DNA of 64,000 nucleotides, taken from assembly GCA_900290375.1 (NCBI GenBank), contig OMOF01000445.1, positions 12,009 to 76,008 of the forward strand. Reading direction: 5' to 3'. Source of the DNA: Candidatus Desulfosporosinus infrequens. Lineage in GTDB: Bacteria; Bacillota; Desulfitobacteriia; Desulfitobacteriales; Desulfitobacteriaceae. Below the pieces are notes generated by a model that was not told the origin of the DNA, searched no databases, and worked only from the letters and a program-made list of their open reading frames with translations. Below, in pieces: positions 27,206-37,177 of this stretch (position 1 is the stretch's first letter; every line of letters begins with the position of its first letter). Both the position numbers and the translations under genes were made by a program.

Positions 27206-28399
27206 TTACTCGACCCCTATTCTAGCCCTTGCAATACCCGCATAAGCTTTTTCTTTGTCAATTCCGATAAAATGGCAACCTACACCCTTTGCGGCCAATG
27301 CGGTTGTGCCTGATCCAATAAAGGGGTCTAGCACCGTACCGCCTTGAGGTGTGACAAGTTTAATTAAGTACTTCATGAGATCAAGGGGCTTTACGGTAGG
27401 GTGATTATTACCTTCGCCCCGTTCCCTCTTGGAGGCCTTAGCACAATAAAAGAATCTACTTGCCCCTCCCGAATCGCCATAACTAATCATTTCCGTTCCC
27501 TCTGGACGACTTTCTCTTGCGTAAGCATTAGCCTGATAACCTTTACTTGATACTCCCTTTTTAGCTCCAGTTCCACTTTTCAGTATGCCTGTTTGCTCAT
27601 CCAGAACTGCAGCTGCTACTTCATCAAAAATTATGTTTGCGGGAAATCTTCCCAATGGATTACTTTGGCTTTCTGTTAAGTTGGTTCCCTTTCCGTTTCC
27701 ATATACTGTATTTGGTGTACGTGGTGGTCTACCTCTATCGTCATTGGTCCCTATTCGGCTATCGTTGATATTGATCCCACCTGTTCCCCATTTAAGAACA
27801 TTAGCCGCCACTGTCTTTTCGCTTAATGGTTTTCTGGCAACTACAATAGGTTCATGCGCAGGTTTTAGAGCCGTACCCCAACCGTCCCATTGCTTTGCTT
27901 CATCAGTTTGAGCATCTAGATCGAATGTTCCACCCAACTCATACGATGCTGGCCTATCTCCCTGCTCTAAATGGATGTTATTGAAACCCATCCCTTGCTG
28001 CTGAAAATTAGTCTTTTCCAGCTTGCAGTAATCCTTTGTATTAGCTGACCCGTAAAGCAGTTTACCTTCAATACCCTTGGCAATGTTGTAAGACTTAGGG
28101 AATCCACTGCCATAAATCCACATGATCTGATCCCTGATCTCGAATCCAGCGTCTTCAATAGCACAAGCCATTCGGTGGTATGTTCTGCTCCCACCGAAGG
28201 ATAGTAGATATCCCCCAGGCTTTAGTACACGTAAAAATTCTTTCCACATTGCAACGTTGTAGGCAATTCCGGTATTGTCCCAAGACTTCCCCATGAATCC
28301 CAATTCATAAGGCGCATCCGTTACGCCAGAATCTATACTATTTGCGGGTATTCCCTTCATAACTTCCAGGCAGTCACCTAAAATAATTGAATCAAGCAA
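27206..28399 (-). CDS. Orphan N4-C/N6-A DNA methyltransferase (beta class)
   Basis: GDCLEV, TDAPY (motif IV variant), HPTVKP, VLDPFIGSGTT. Confidence 0.9.
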   Translation of the reverse strand: MLDSIILGDCLEVMKGIPANSIDSGVTDAPYELGFMGKSWDNTGIAYNVAMWKEFLRVLKPGGYLLSFGGSRTYHRMACAIEDAGFEIRDQIMWIYGSGFPKSYNIAKGIEGKLLYGSANTKDYCKLEKTNFQQQGMGFNNIHLEQGDRPASYELGGTFDLDAQTDEAKQWDGWGTALKPAHEPIVVARKPLSEKTVAANVLKWGTGGININDSRIGTNDDRGRPPRTPNTVYGNGKGTNLTESQSNPLGRFPANIIFDEVAAAVLDEQTGILKSGTGAKKGVSSKGYQANAYARESRPEGTEMISYGDSGGASRFFYCAKASKRERGEGNNHPTVKPLDLMKYLIKLVTPQGGTVLDPFIGSGTTALAAKGVGCHFIGIDKEKAYAGIARARIGVE

Positions 28400-28515
28400 A
28401 CTTTTACCCCTCCCTTTACTCAGCCTGTCCACCCAGCATCAATAACCCATCCAACTTATAGATAAAATAATCCTTCTGCTCCTTTTTGTTTTTATTCAAA
28501 TGCCCAGCTTTGGCA

Positions 28516-28884
28516 TTATTCTATGAACCATTTACCGTACTTTAATTTTTGTCTAGTTACCGTCCATGTTCGCTCATTATCCTGCAAGCACTGATTGTCG
28601 GTATCCCTACCACGATAAGTACTTTTATCATTACCGCTCAATGTAACTATGACAGTTTTACCTTCGATCCATGCCGAAAGAGCTTCTTGCCAAGTGACTT
28701 CTTGAGGCACCGGCTCCCAATCCTCATCAAATAGCAGCTGTGTAGGCTCGTCGGTTGATCCTTGTCTCTGGAGCCTCTTGAATGAATTAAAGAAATATAT
28801 TTCCCCGTTCTTCATCCTTTTATAAGGAGTTATTGCTTCTGGATTATTTAAGGCAAGTGTATATAATTCTCCAGTTTTAAGCAT
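28516..28884 (-). CDS. Hypothetical protein
   Basis: VTWQEAL.AW..GK motif common in Bacillota phages. Confidence 0.65.
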   Translation of the reverse strand: MLKTGELYTLALNNPEAITPYKRMKNGEIYFFNSFKRLQRQGSTDEPTQLLFDEDWEPVPQEVTWQEALSAWIEGKTVIVTLSGNDKSTYRGRDTDNQCLQDNERTWTVTRQKLKYGKWFIE

Positions 28885-28916
28885 TTAATCACACTCATTT
28901 CTCTCTATTATTATCT

Positions 28917-29120
28917 CTAAATGTAATCATTCACGTTTTTCCTAAACAATCCACCCATACTCTTCTGCCATACTGACTTATTATTTTTGCCAATTTCCTG
29001 CTTGGTCATGACAGGTTTTGTCGCTGCTTCGAGTTCTGGCATGCCGGATTTTATTCTGGCGTTGAAGCATTTCCTTGAGATGTTATTGGATTGTGCGAGT
29101 TGGATGTAGCTCGTGGTCAT
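28917..29120 (-). CDS. Small repeat DNA-binding protein
   Basis: A..NNIS...F.ARI..G....EAATKP, one unit of the repeat in the neighbouring gene. Confidence 0.6.
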   Translation of the reverse strand: MTTSYIQLAQSNNISRKCFNARIKSGMPELEAATKPVMTKQEIGKNNKSVWQKSMGGLFRKNVNDYI

Positions 29121-29563
29121 AAGGCGCATCTCTTGGAAAATCTAGTATCAATTGGAGTAGTGGCTGCTATTTCGGCGCTCCATCCCCTGCCCATTCTGGT
29201 AACAAAAGTACCCTTTGATATTCCGTTTCTCACAGCTATGTCCTCATATTCCTTGGGATATTTGCGCTTCTTTTCAGCCATGATCTTAATGATCGTATCT
29301 CGCTCAATAGAAGGTATCTCTGACGCTTCTTTAGGTGACATGCCCCCTCTCGTTACGCGAGAATAAAACAATGACCTGCTTATGCCGTTTCGTTCTGCTA
29401 TGATTAGCCATTCACCCCATTTGTGGTAGTTGACAGGGGTTGTTATAGCTCGCTCAATACTCCACGCTAGGTCACGCACTCTTGCTGTGACTACTCTTTC
29501 GTTGATGCCATTTTGTGCCGCCATAGCATACTTGTCAGGATTGATATAGAAGGAGTAAGACAT
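29117..29563 (-). CDS. Phage repeat DNA-binding protein
   Basis: Three A..NGI....F..R...W....A.T.P repeats. Confidence 0.75.
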   Translation of the reverse strand: MSYSFYINPDKYAMAAQNGINERVVTARVRDLAWSIERAITTPVNYHKWGEWLIIAERNGISRSLFYSRVTRGGMSPKEASEIPSIERDTIIKIMAEKKRKYPKEYEDIAVRNGISKGTFVTRMGRGWSAEIAATTPIDTRFSKRCAL

Positions 29564-29614
29564 ATTTACCTGCTTTGATTAATGGGGCGGCCTTTCAACC
29601 GCCCCTATATTTAA

Positions 29615-29854
29615 TTACTCAATCACTATGACCTTGCCTGATTCTAGCCACGTTTTTACACCTTCACATTCCGAACCTCCATTTATAGATTCATAGAGGT
29701 ATCCTTCGCAAAAACCATCGCCATCGTCACAGTTTTTGCAACCAAAGCAGTATTCTTCGGTTACTTCCCAGCACTCAGGATGGAGATGTACGCTAGATAC
29801 TGTTCTGCCATCTGTTGATACCCACTCGACAGACTTGCTTCCTTTTTCAATCAT
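29615..29854 (-). CDS. Cys-rich hypothetical protein (start probably further upstream)
   Basis: HLHPECW, CxxC. Confidence 0.5.
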   Translation of the reverse strand: MIEKGSKSVEWVSTDGRTVSSVHLHPECWEVTEEYCFGCKNCDDGDGFCEGYLYESINGGSECEGVKTWLESGKVIVIE

Positions 29855-29978
29855 CTCATTGCACGCGAAACATCGTCGGGTCTTTCTGGTCCTTAAAATA
29901 GGTGAGCTCCTTATAAATGTGGCTATTTTACTCCCTCCTCGAATGAGGCAAGTGTGAGTTGCCGTTGTGTTTGGTTAC

Positions 29979-30723
29979 TTAAAAAGGATAAAGTTCTAGT
30001 GGAATATTTCTTCCAGCCTCCGCGATTACAACAATTTTTCCTGTCAACTCTTCGATTTCTCTAACCATTCTTTCTGCGTTGGAATTGCTGTCTGATAAAT
30101 GAAGTAGCACTATCTTCTTCACTTGCGACAAATCATTAGCTCGCAAAAACTCTTTGACATGCTCAAGTGAAAAATGGCTTTCGAGTAGTCGGTTTTTCAT
30201 GCTTTGGGGGATGTAGCCAGCTTCAATGTTTGCGTCAAGGGTATCTTTGCAGTAGTTTGATTCTACAAGGATATAATTTAGTGAATTAAAACGATTGCGA
30301 ATATAGTAGGTATCCGTACAAAAAATAAGTTTTTCGCTGGTTGGTTTGTATTGAATTAGGTAGCCGAAAGGCTGATCGCAATCATGTTGAGTGTCGAACG
30401 GTAAAACGATGAAATCTCCAACTTGAAACTGTACGCCAGCGTCAACCATTTGTGTTCTGTGGCTCTGAGATATGCCTATTTGCTTGGCTGTTCCGGAAGA
30501 GGTATAAATATCTACACCCGCCTTAATAACGTCCTTTGCGCTTCGTGAATGGTCAAAGATGTTCGTGGGTTATTAGGCACCCACGGATACGAGATAGATT
30601 AAAATCTAGGGATTGTTGTATTTTTTTAAAAGAAACTCCACATTCAATTAAAAGAGAACCGGTGTCGCTTTCTAAAACATAGCCATTTGCCCTTGATGAC
30701 GAACTGATAACCTTGAGGTGCAT
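29979..30723 (-). CDS. MBL-fold hydrolase (YycJ/WalJ-like), frameshifted at CTT-TGA-C (30552-30558)
   Basis: MHLKVISSSSRANGY...LIECG...ITHEHL|DHS; downstream HDC, TDT, ESNY, SH.S, LLHLS..N. Confidence 0.85.
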
Positions 30724-31292
30724 TGTACTTTCCCCTTTCTCTCTTTAAATCTCCAAATGAATCCTCCAGCTTGTTTCCTAGTTAATCCTGGTTTGTATTC
30801 TGTCTCGCTTGCAACTTGAAGAATGTTCCTTCCGCATACTCCAGTTAACCTAAAGGCCTCTTGAGCGTTGGGATATTCGGCTAGTAGCTCGCCATTTAGG
30901 TTGTATTGTTGAATGGCATTAGGTCTTATGAATTTGTTGTATTTATTCATTCCTTTTAGCATGTTTGGATGAATAGATATTGCATGGATAACATTTTCGC
31001 TCCCAGATACCCACTCTAGGTTTTCAACCTTGTTGTTTTGCTTATTGCCATCCTTGTGATTTATCTGAGGCTTATTATTGACGTTGGCTATAAAAGCTTC
31101 AGCAACAAGTTTGTGAATTCTCGCATACCTTACACGTCCTTTATGAGTAAGGACTACGGAAAGATAATCCTTTTTACTGTTTTTATTAGACAAGATAAAC
31201 CCTTCCCTTAATTTCTTGAAGCTTTTCAACCTACCCTTGGTTGATATTTGATATACACCCTCAAATCCCTCAATATCTTTCCATAGTTCCAA
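30672..31292 (-). CDS. NUMOD4-HNH homing endonuclease
   Basis: WKDIEGFEGVYQIS..GR, IHKLVAEAFI...INHKDGNKQNN...NLEW, NUMOD1-like tail. Confidence 0.9.
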   Translation of the reverse strand: MELWKDIEGFEGVYQISTKGRLKSFKKLREGFILSNKNSKKDYLSVVLTHKGRVRYARIHKLVAEAFIANVNNKPQINHKDGNKQNNKVENLEWVSGSENVIHAISIHPNMLKGMNKYNKFIRPNAIQQYNLNGELLAEYPNAQEAFRLTGVCGRNILQVASETEYKPGLTRKQAGGFIWRFKERKGKVQCTSRLSVRHQGQMAMF

Positions 31293-31349
31293 TTTTCACA
31301 CCTCCCTAATTTACTTACTCCCTGAATTTATAACCTTTAAGTTCATAGC

Positions 31350-32372
31350 CTAAAACCCTGGGCCAGTGGTTTGATTATTCGCTTCCTCGGCCTTTTTATC
31401 CATCTCAACTATTTCAGCATCAGTAATCCCTTCTGGTTCCGTAACTGCTTCTCGGTCGCTTGAAACTTCCTCGCCTTGGATATCCACAACATCTCCCTTA
31501 TTAGCGTTTTCGGCAATGACCTGCTCGACCTCGGCTTCTTTAAATTCGTGTTCGAGCTGATTTAGTCGCATGTAATCATCATCAATCTTTTGACTGTCAA
31601 TGGTAATGTCTTTGTAGGCGGCAATAAAAACAGTTTTGAAGCACATTTTATCGAACCATCCCTCGACTTGCTCTTTACCGGCCGGCTTACCATTTTTCCA
31701 GATTGTCTTTTCTCCGCCCCAAAACTCGGCAGAAGCTTTATCCGGTTTCCTCTTCTCGATATCCTTACGCGGCATAACAACAAGTTTGTTTTTCTCAGGA
31801 TGATCAAAATAGATATGATAATAGAAACCTCCTACAATATCACCACGCTCAAAGTCGTTGGTGATCTCAAACTCATAATGTTCAACTTTATTGGCGTGGG
31901 ATTTTTTATGCGATTTGAATTTATCCGTCGAATAAACAAGTTCGACCACAACGTCATCTGGCACATCTAAGCCATATTTAACTGCCTTGAGCTGCCTACC
32001 TCTGTATCCCGGCATGAAGGTAATGCCATATTTATTGAGTGCCCCTTGCTTGAAGGGGATTAGGCTAACGTGGTTCTCTTGTGTCGGGTCCCAGCCAATC
32101 CTAGCTGCCGCCACAACGCTCTGAGCAAGTTCCTCCATATTGATATTCCCCCAGGTGTAGGATAGTTGTTCCTGGTAATCTCCGGTCTTCTTGAGGCGCT
32201 TTTCCTCTGCCTTCTTGAGCATGGAATCGGCAACAATAAAGTAGTTTTGCGCTAAACGCTTCTGAAAGTTAGTTAGTGCAATATCGCCAACGCTACCTTT
32301 AAATTCAGCTAATACCTTGTTCATAAATCGTTCCGACATTGGTTGCTCTTTTACCGCTACTTCATTTGCCAT
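31350..32372 (-). CDS. RecT-like single-strand annealing protein
   Basis: GY.G, VELVYSTD.F, F.RGDIVGGF, MCFKT; lies between the SbcC-like ATPase and MBL genes. Confidence 0.8.
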   Translation of the reverse strand: MANEVAVKEQPMSERFMNKVLAEFKGSVGDIALTNFQKRLAQNYFIVADSMLKKAEEKRLKKTGDYQEQLSYTWGNINMEELAQSVVAAARIGWDPTQENHVSLIPFKQGALNKYGITFMPGYRGRQLKAVKYGLDVPDDVVVELVYSTDKFKSHKKSHANKVEHYEFEITNDFERGDIVGGFYYHIYFDHPEKNKLVVMPRKDIEKRKPDKASAEFWGGEKTIWKNGKPAGKEQVEGWFDKMCFKTVFIAAYKDITIDSQKIDDDYMRLNQLEHEFKEAEVEQVIAENANKGDVVDIQGEEVSSDREAVTEPEGITDAEIVEMDKKAEEANNQTTGPGF

Positions 32373-34372
32373 TATTCTTGTACCTCCACTCTCAAAATAG
32401 GATCTTCCACACTGACGATCAACTTAATAACCTGCGAATTTACCCCCACAAAACTGCTCAAGCTTTCCGCGTTATCGACAAAAATAGGGCAACTAACTCC
32501 ATAAAACTCTGACAGCAAATTGATAATTTCTAATCCGGTATTAATTTTTCCACCGTTATTAGCACCATCGAATTCAACGAGCACTCCGTTCGTATCTACC
32601 AGTGTCCGACAAACTTCTTTCTCCGTCCCATCGTTCAGGGTGTCAAACAACTTGAACTTGACTGTTTCGAACTTGCTATTAATCCTATCTTCCAGCATTT
32701 TCACTTTCGCACTTGTGAACTGTTTAATCAGGAAATCGTGTCGTTCGTATTCGCTGAGTTCTTGTGCAAGTTTGCTTTCCTCTGCCTTTAGCTCATTAAT
32801 GCGAATATGGGCCTTTTCGACTACTTCCTTCTGATTCAAGGTTTTGTTCAGGGCTTCAATTGTGTCTGCAATTTCTTGCTTTCTGGCTAGGATTTCGGTT
32901 GTTGTATCTTCGACGGGCTTGTCCAGTTCGACGTTAATCCTGTCTAGAGTGGCTTTAAATACAGAATAAGTGCTGTCTGCATCATAATTAACGACTGTCG
33001 GTTGTTGCTGCTCTGTTATTGCGGTTTCTAATTCGGAAAGGCGAATATTGATTCTTTTCAAAGATTCTTCCAACGTGCTGAGACTCGCAGAATCTATTTC
33101 CTTTTCCTCGTTAAGAACTTCGGCCCTAGCCGCCTTATCTTTGCCCTTGGCGCGAATAGATGCCAATGCCTGAACTTTGTCCTTGTCGAAATTCTCTTTC
33201 AGCTTATCTATCTTTTCTTGAGTTTTTCCTTCGGGCAAAGGTTGTTCGCAAGTTGGACAATTAAAGCCTTCTGGAGCTACAAATTGCCTCGAATTTTCTT
33301 CGCTCCACTCTTTGCGAAGTTCGATAATTTTTCCAGCAATTGCATCAAGTTCCGCAATTCTTACAAGGGAATTAGAGCCTAACCTCGATACTTCCTTGGA
33401 AATGGAATACTTTTCACCTTCAAGATTTGCTTTTTCGTCAACCAACTTTTTGGATTCAGCCCCAGCTTTTACTTCAAGTTCTAACTTCCGCCCATTAATC
33501 TGATTCTGTAATGCATACGCCTGTTGCTGTTTCTGACGATACAAACTAGCCCCTTGAGCGTTTGTAGCTAGCTCTAATTCAATGCCCTGTAAAGTGGCTT
33601 TCTGCTCCTGTAGCGAGGTTTCTATAGCTGTGTAGTCAACCTCATCTACGGATATCGACCGTTGCTGTTCACTGATTCTGGCAGGTATCCCATCAAGATC
33701 CTTTTTGGTGTTTTTGATCTTCTCGGCTATGACTAATTTGTGATTTTCGATTGTTCTGCCCGAATTGATTACGGTTAAAAGGTCCAACATGCTTTTATCG
33801 GATGCTGTTACGCATGAATCAATAACGCCTGAGTCTGATAAATTACCTGATATTTCGAACAGAATCTTGCGCCGTTCTTGCCAAGTCCAGCCCTTGCCAT
33901 CCGTATTGAAAAAGAGGGGATTCGTTAGGAGTTTGAAGATATTTTCTTTTATGAGAAGGTTAATTTCTAGGACATAATCCTTGGCTTTCACAGGGACGTC
34001 GTTTACCCAGTAGGACGTTTCATTTCCGTCAAAGATGGTTTCTTGCGAACCTCTTTTTTTAACCCATTTTTCTGAGAGTTGGCGCTTTAGTTTTAGAGAC
34101 TTGCCGTTTACAAGAAAGATTCCCTCGACGCTTGATTCAAGATGATGGATTTCGTTGCCGTCTTTGTCTTGTGGTTTTATTTGGTAGTCTGATCTTCCGT
34201 CCGAATCCTTTCCAAATAAAAGCCACTGACTAGAGTTATAAATCGTGGATTTATAAGTTGCATTTCTTCCGTAAACATCAGCATTTTTTCCGTTTAACTC
34301 AAGGGTAAAATCCTCTACGCCTTTGAAATTAATTAGGTGCAGTGATTGTAATTGAATAATAGTTTGATTCAT
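32372..34372 (-). CDS. SbcC/Rad50-like coiled-coil ATPase
   Basis: L.NFKG, degenerate Walker A GRNATYKST, CPTC hook, PIFVDNAES. Confidence 0.85.
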   Translation of the reverse strand: MNQTIIQLQSLHLINFKGVEDFTLELNGKNADVYGRNATYKSTIYNSSQWLLFGKDSDGRSDYQIKPQDKDGNEIHHLESSVEGIFLVNGKSLKLKRQLSEKWVKKRGSQETIFDGNETSYWVNDVPVKAKDYVLEINLLIKENIFKLLTNPLFFNTDGKGWTWQERRKILFEISGNLSDSGVIDSCVTASDKSMLDLLTVINSGRTIENHKLVIAEKIKNTKKDLDGIPARISEQQRSISVDEVDYTAIETSLQEQKATLQGIELELATNAQGASLYRQKQQQAYALQNQINGRKLELEVKAGAESKKLVDEKANLEGEKYSISKEVSRLGSNSLVRIAELDAIAGKIIELRKEWSEENSRQFVAPEGFNCPTCEQPLPEGKTQEKIDKLKENFDKDKVQALASIRAKGKDKAARAEVLNEEKEIDSASLSTLEESLKRINIRLSELETAITEQQQPTVVNYDADSTYSVFKATLDRINVELDKPVEDTTTEILARKQEIADTIEALNKTLNQKEVVEKAHIRINELKAEESKLAQELSEYERHDFLIKQFTSAKVKMLEDRINSKFETVKFKLFDTLNDGTEKEVCRTLVDTNGVLVEFDGANNGGKINTGLEIINLLSEFYGVSCPIFVDNAESLSSFVGVNSQVIKLIVSVEDPILRVEVQE

Positions 34373-34750
34373 CTATTTCCCATCCTTTTCAGTTTTATTT
34401 TTCCACCACAACGGAAGATTTCTCCTAAACAAGGGCTTATCTCCATCCCAACCGTCGATATTATAAATCGGTATCATCTCCATTAACGCGACATTATGCT
34501 CCCTATTGCACCCTTCCGACTGCTCCCAAGCCCCGCATAAAAATATTGCATCGCAGCTACTTACAAGCTCCTCGCAAAAGGTCAGAGCTAATGCTCGTTG
34601 TTCTGGTACTTTGTCGCTGAGATAGGAAAAAGAGTGAACTGGCGAGATTGGGATAACGCCGAACTTTGTTAATGCTTGGCAGATGTGCGTGATGGCTTGG
34701 AGGTTTTGCTTTTTGCCGTTGAAGGGGTGGCAGATATACACTTTTTTCAT
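34373..34750 (-). CDS. DUF4406-like (deoxyribosyltransferase-fold) protein
   Basis: KVYICHP, PISP.H, CDAIFLCG.W..S.GC..E. Confidence 0.75.
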   Translation of the reverse strand: MKKVYICHPFNGKKQNLQAITHICQALTKFGVIPISPVHSFSYLSDKVPEQRALALTFCEELVSSCDAIFLCGAWEQSEGCNREHNVALMEMIPIYNIDGWDGDKPLFRRNLPLWWKNKTEKDGK

Positions 34751-35175
34751 AATTGTCCTCCTTCGCATTCACACGGTCCGACCTGTTCTAAATCTCCCTC
34801 GCATGGTCTATAATAGGGTTGAGATATTTTTTCTTCGTCCGGGGTTCCCTCTGCAAAGGGAGCCTCTTCTTTTTGCATAACTAAGCTAATAAGCGTTTCT
34901 CCTTCGTAATCGATAAAGTACAACTCACATTCAGCACCATTCATGGGGTCAACATAAGTAGTAGATGGTCCATGATAACAAAGCTCGGGAAAAACAAAGT
35001 CTAACTCGCTGTTAATGATGGCATCTACTTTGTCCCAACTCACATTCGGCATAGAAACTACTCTGATCACTGATGTTCCGTCGTTAAGGAATTCAAGGCC
35101 AGATCTATGGATTAAGCTTGGATATTCGGCTAACCCTTGGACCGCTTGAAGTTGTTCGATTGTAAGTCTTTTCAT
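34747..35175 (-). CDS. Hypothetical protein (distant paralog of 36340)
   Basis: MKRLT..Q...V..L.E.PSL; ELD.VFP. Confidence 0.6.
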   Translation of the reverse strand: MKRLTIEQLQAVQGLAEYPSLIHRSGLEFLNDGTSVIRVVSMPNVSWDKVDAIINSELDFVFPELCYHGPSTTYVDPMNGAECELYFIDYEGETLISLVMQKEEAPFAEGTPDEEKISQPYYRPCEGDLEQVGPCECEGGQL

Positions 35176-35395
35176 TTACTCACTCCCCTTCATTCTTCAT
35201 CATCCAGAAAACTCTCAAAAATCAACGTGTCTTCATACGTGTTGTCCGCCTTACCGTATAACCACCAATCCATCATTACGTTATACTACCTCTTTTCTTT
35301 AAAGATGCTTTATCCTAGCAATTTAAAGAAAGAGATATAACACATAATATGCTCTAGGTGGTTCGAGCTTTAGTTAACTAAAGCGTTTAAGTGAA

Positions 35396-36343
35396 TCATG
35401 TTAGTTTTTTACCAATTTCCAAGATAACTTTGGTAGTGCAAGCGTCACCAGCTCCTCGATACATTTGTGTGTCGCTAATTCCTGCAAGCATGACCTTATC
35501 TATGATTAAGTCAGATATGCTCTGAAGCCTCCAAAACTCACGAGGAGTTAGCCTTCTTAATCTTCCTTCAATAAGTATCTTGGGTTGCCTATTCCCGCCT
35601 TCACAGGGGGTTATGCAAGGACTTAAGCCATCAATTCCATATACTCTGCGAATATTGTCTTGACCATGTATATCCAGCATCCCGATGACATTAATCATTG
35701 TCATACCGCTGTGATTTCCCCCGCTATGTCCCCCTGCCGTTAATGTTCTAGCAACTGTGGTTTTTGTTGACTTGCCGATTGTAGAATATTCGTTAACTTC
35801 GTATTCGAGAGGAAATACTTTTCCAGTACCTCGTCCTCTAAGATGTCCGACAGTGAACACCCTCTCCCGATTTTGTGGGACTCCGAAGTTTTTGCTGTTG
35901 AGCAGTTCCCACTCCACGTCATACCCCAGTGCGTCCATTTGATAGAGTATTTCGAGGTAGTCAAATCCTTTATTGCTGGATAGCATTCCCTTAACGTTTT
36001 CATAGAGAATATACTTGGGTCGATATTCTTCTGGAGTCTCCCTGACGAGTCTAAATACTTCTGAAACAAGAGAACTTCTGTCTCCCTCAAGCCCTGCTCG
36101 CTTTCCTGCAATACTAAAGTCTTGGCAAGGTGCTCCGAAGCACCACATGTCTGCCCTTGGAATGTCTGTAGCATTAGTTGCTCTAATGTCTGCACCTTCT
36201 GGCTCCTTCCCAAAAATTATTTTGTATATTTGTCGTTTGTGCTTGTCCCATTCAACCGAGTAAACACATTTATGTCCAGCTTGCTCCATGCCCATTCGGA
36301 TTGTGCCGATTCCACAGAAGAGATCGATGAAGGTTAAATTCAT
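35396..36343 (-). CDS. C5-cytosine DNA methyltransferase
   Basis: DLFCGIG, APCQDFS, ENVKG, PQNRERVF, RRLTPRE..RLQ, AGDA. Confidence 0.93.
   Translation of the reverse strand: MNLTFIDLFCGIGTIRMGMEQAGHKCVYSVEWDKHKRQIYKIIFGKEPEGADIRATNATDIPRADMWCFGAPCQDFSIAGKRAGLEGDRSSLVSEVFRLVRETPEEYRPKYILYENVKGMLSSNKGFDYLEILYQMDALGYDVEWELLNSKNFGVPQNRERVFTVGHLRGRGTGKVFPLEYEVNEYSTIGKSTKTTVARTLTAGGHSGGNHSGMTMINVIGMLDIHGQDNIRRVYGIDGLSPCITPCEGGNRQPKILIEGRLRRLTPREFWRLQSISDLIIDKVMLAGISDTQMYRGAGDACTTKVILEIGKKLT
35740..36195 (-). CDS. Nested alternate-frame MTase beta-type polypeptide (M.EcoHK31I-beta-like)
   Basis: AAGGAG-7nt-GTG inside the MTase gene; W..WGM...G...T...SES...G..CSLSDILEDEV.EKYFLS. Confidence 0.7.
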   Translation of the reverse strand: MQTLEQLMLQTFQGQTCGASEHLAKTLVLQESEQGLRETEVLLFQKYLDSSGRLQKNIDPSIFSMKTLRECYPAIKDLTTSKYSIKWTHWGMTWSGNCSTAKTSESHKIGRGCSLSDILEDEVLEKYFLSNTKLTNILQSASQQKPQLLEH

Positions 36344-36759
36344 ACGATTAACCCCTCTTTTATCAACATATCTTCTAAACTACGTCCAGTTGGCGTATAC
36401 TGTTGGTGTATCGTTTCCTTTATGTCTTGGCTGTCCGTTGGCGCGGATAGCCTTTCTTCGCGTCCGGGTGCCCTCTTCAAGAAAAAGGTAATACTCGCTC
36501 CACTTGGATCATCAATGCCATACGCCTCATTAAATGTTCCATCTTCATCAAGAAGCACACTTGGCTTTCTGTAAACCGCGTCAGGGAATATCTTGTCTAT
36601 TTCTACATCACACTCGTTGTAGTCGGCATTTGGTTGAGAGATGAAGTTAACCGTCCGCGAAATTCCTATGCCGCTGATGCTTGAATAAATGAACAGTGAT
36701 GGTACACGTTCACTGAGATTGACAATGGATAAAACTTGGTTATTGGTTAAGCCTCGCAT
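36340..36759 (-). CDS. Hypothetical protein (distant paralog of 34747)
   Basis: MRGLT..Q...V.L.E.VPSL; EIDKIFP. Confidence 0.6.
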   Translation of the reverse strand: MRGLTNNQVLSIVNLSERVPSLFIYSSISGIGISRTVNFISQPNADYNECDVEIDKIFPDAVYRKPSVLLDEDGTFNEAYGIDDPSGASITFFLKRAPGREERLSAPTDSQDIKETIHQQYTPTGRSLEDMLIKEGLIV

Positions 36760-36919
36760 TTCCCTAACCCCCTCATATTCAGCGTTCTGACCTTTTCTGT
36801 GACACGATGCACTATCACCAAGCGGTCGGGGCAGTCAATTGAGATCAGCCACGCTTCGGGGTTAATGCCAAGCGCTTTGAGCTTTATCTTTTGTGAGCGA
36901 GTTGGACATTTTGCATTTT

Positions 36920-37177
36920 TCATCGTTCAATCCCCCACTGACAGCTATCCACATAAAGCGGTACAACCTGCCTCTGCGCCATCATGCGCGTATCTACATA
37001 ATCAACAACCTTATCCATCTCTGTATCCCTCATGCCCTGCATGATCAGTTGCCAGTCGTGATGATGCTCCTGCTTTTTAACCTTAGCTCGCTGACTGAGT
37101 TTTTCGCGCTTGTACGCTTCGATTTCGCGTCTGATGATGCTGCGCTTAAGGATCCAGCGCAGTAGTTTTTCTAGCAT
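36920..37177 (-). CDS. Hypothetical protein
   Basis: AAGGAG RBS, coupled. Confidence 0.55.
   Translation of the reverse strand: MLEKLLRWILKRSIIRREIEAYKREKLSQRAKVKKQEHHHDWQLIMQGMRDTEMDKVVDYVDTRMMAQRQVVPLYVDSCQWGIER

Noticed and set aside
27967-28194. Alternate-frame ORF in the N4/N6 MTase as another nested subunit
   Set aside because: Short, no RBS, no MTase motif; the main frame is complete
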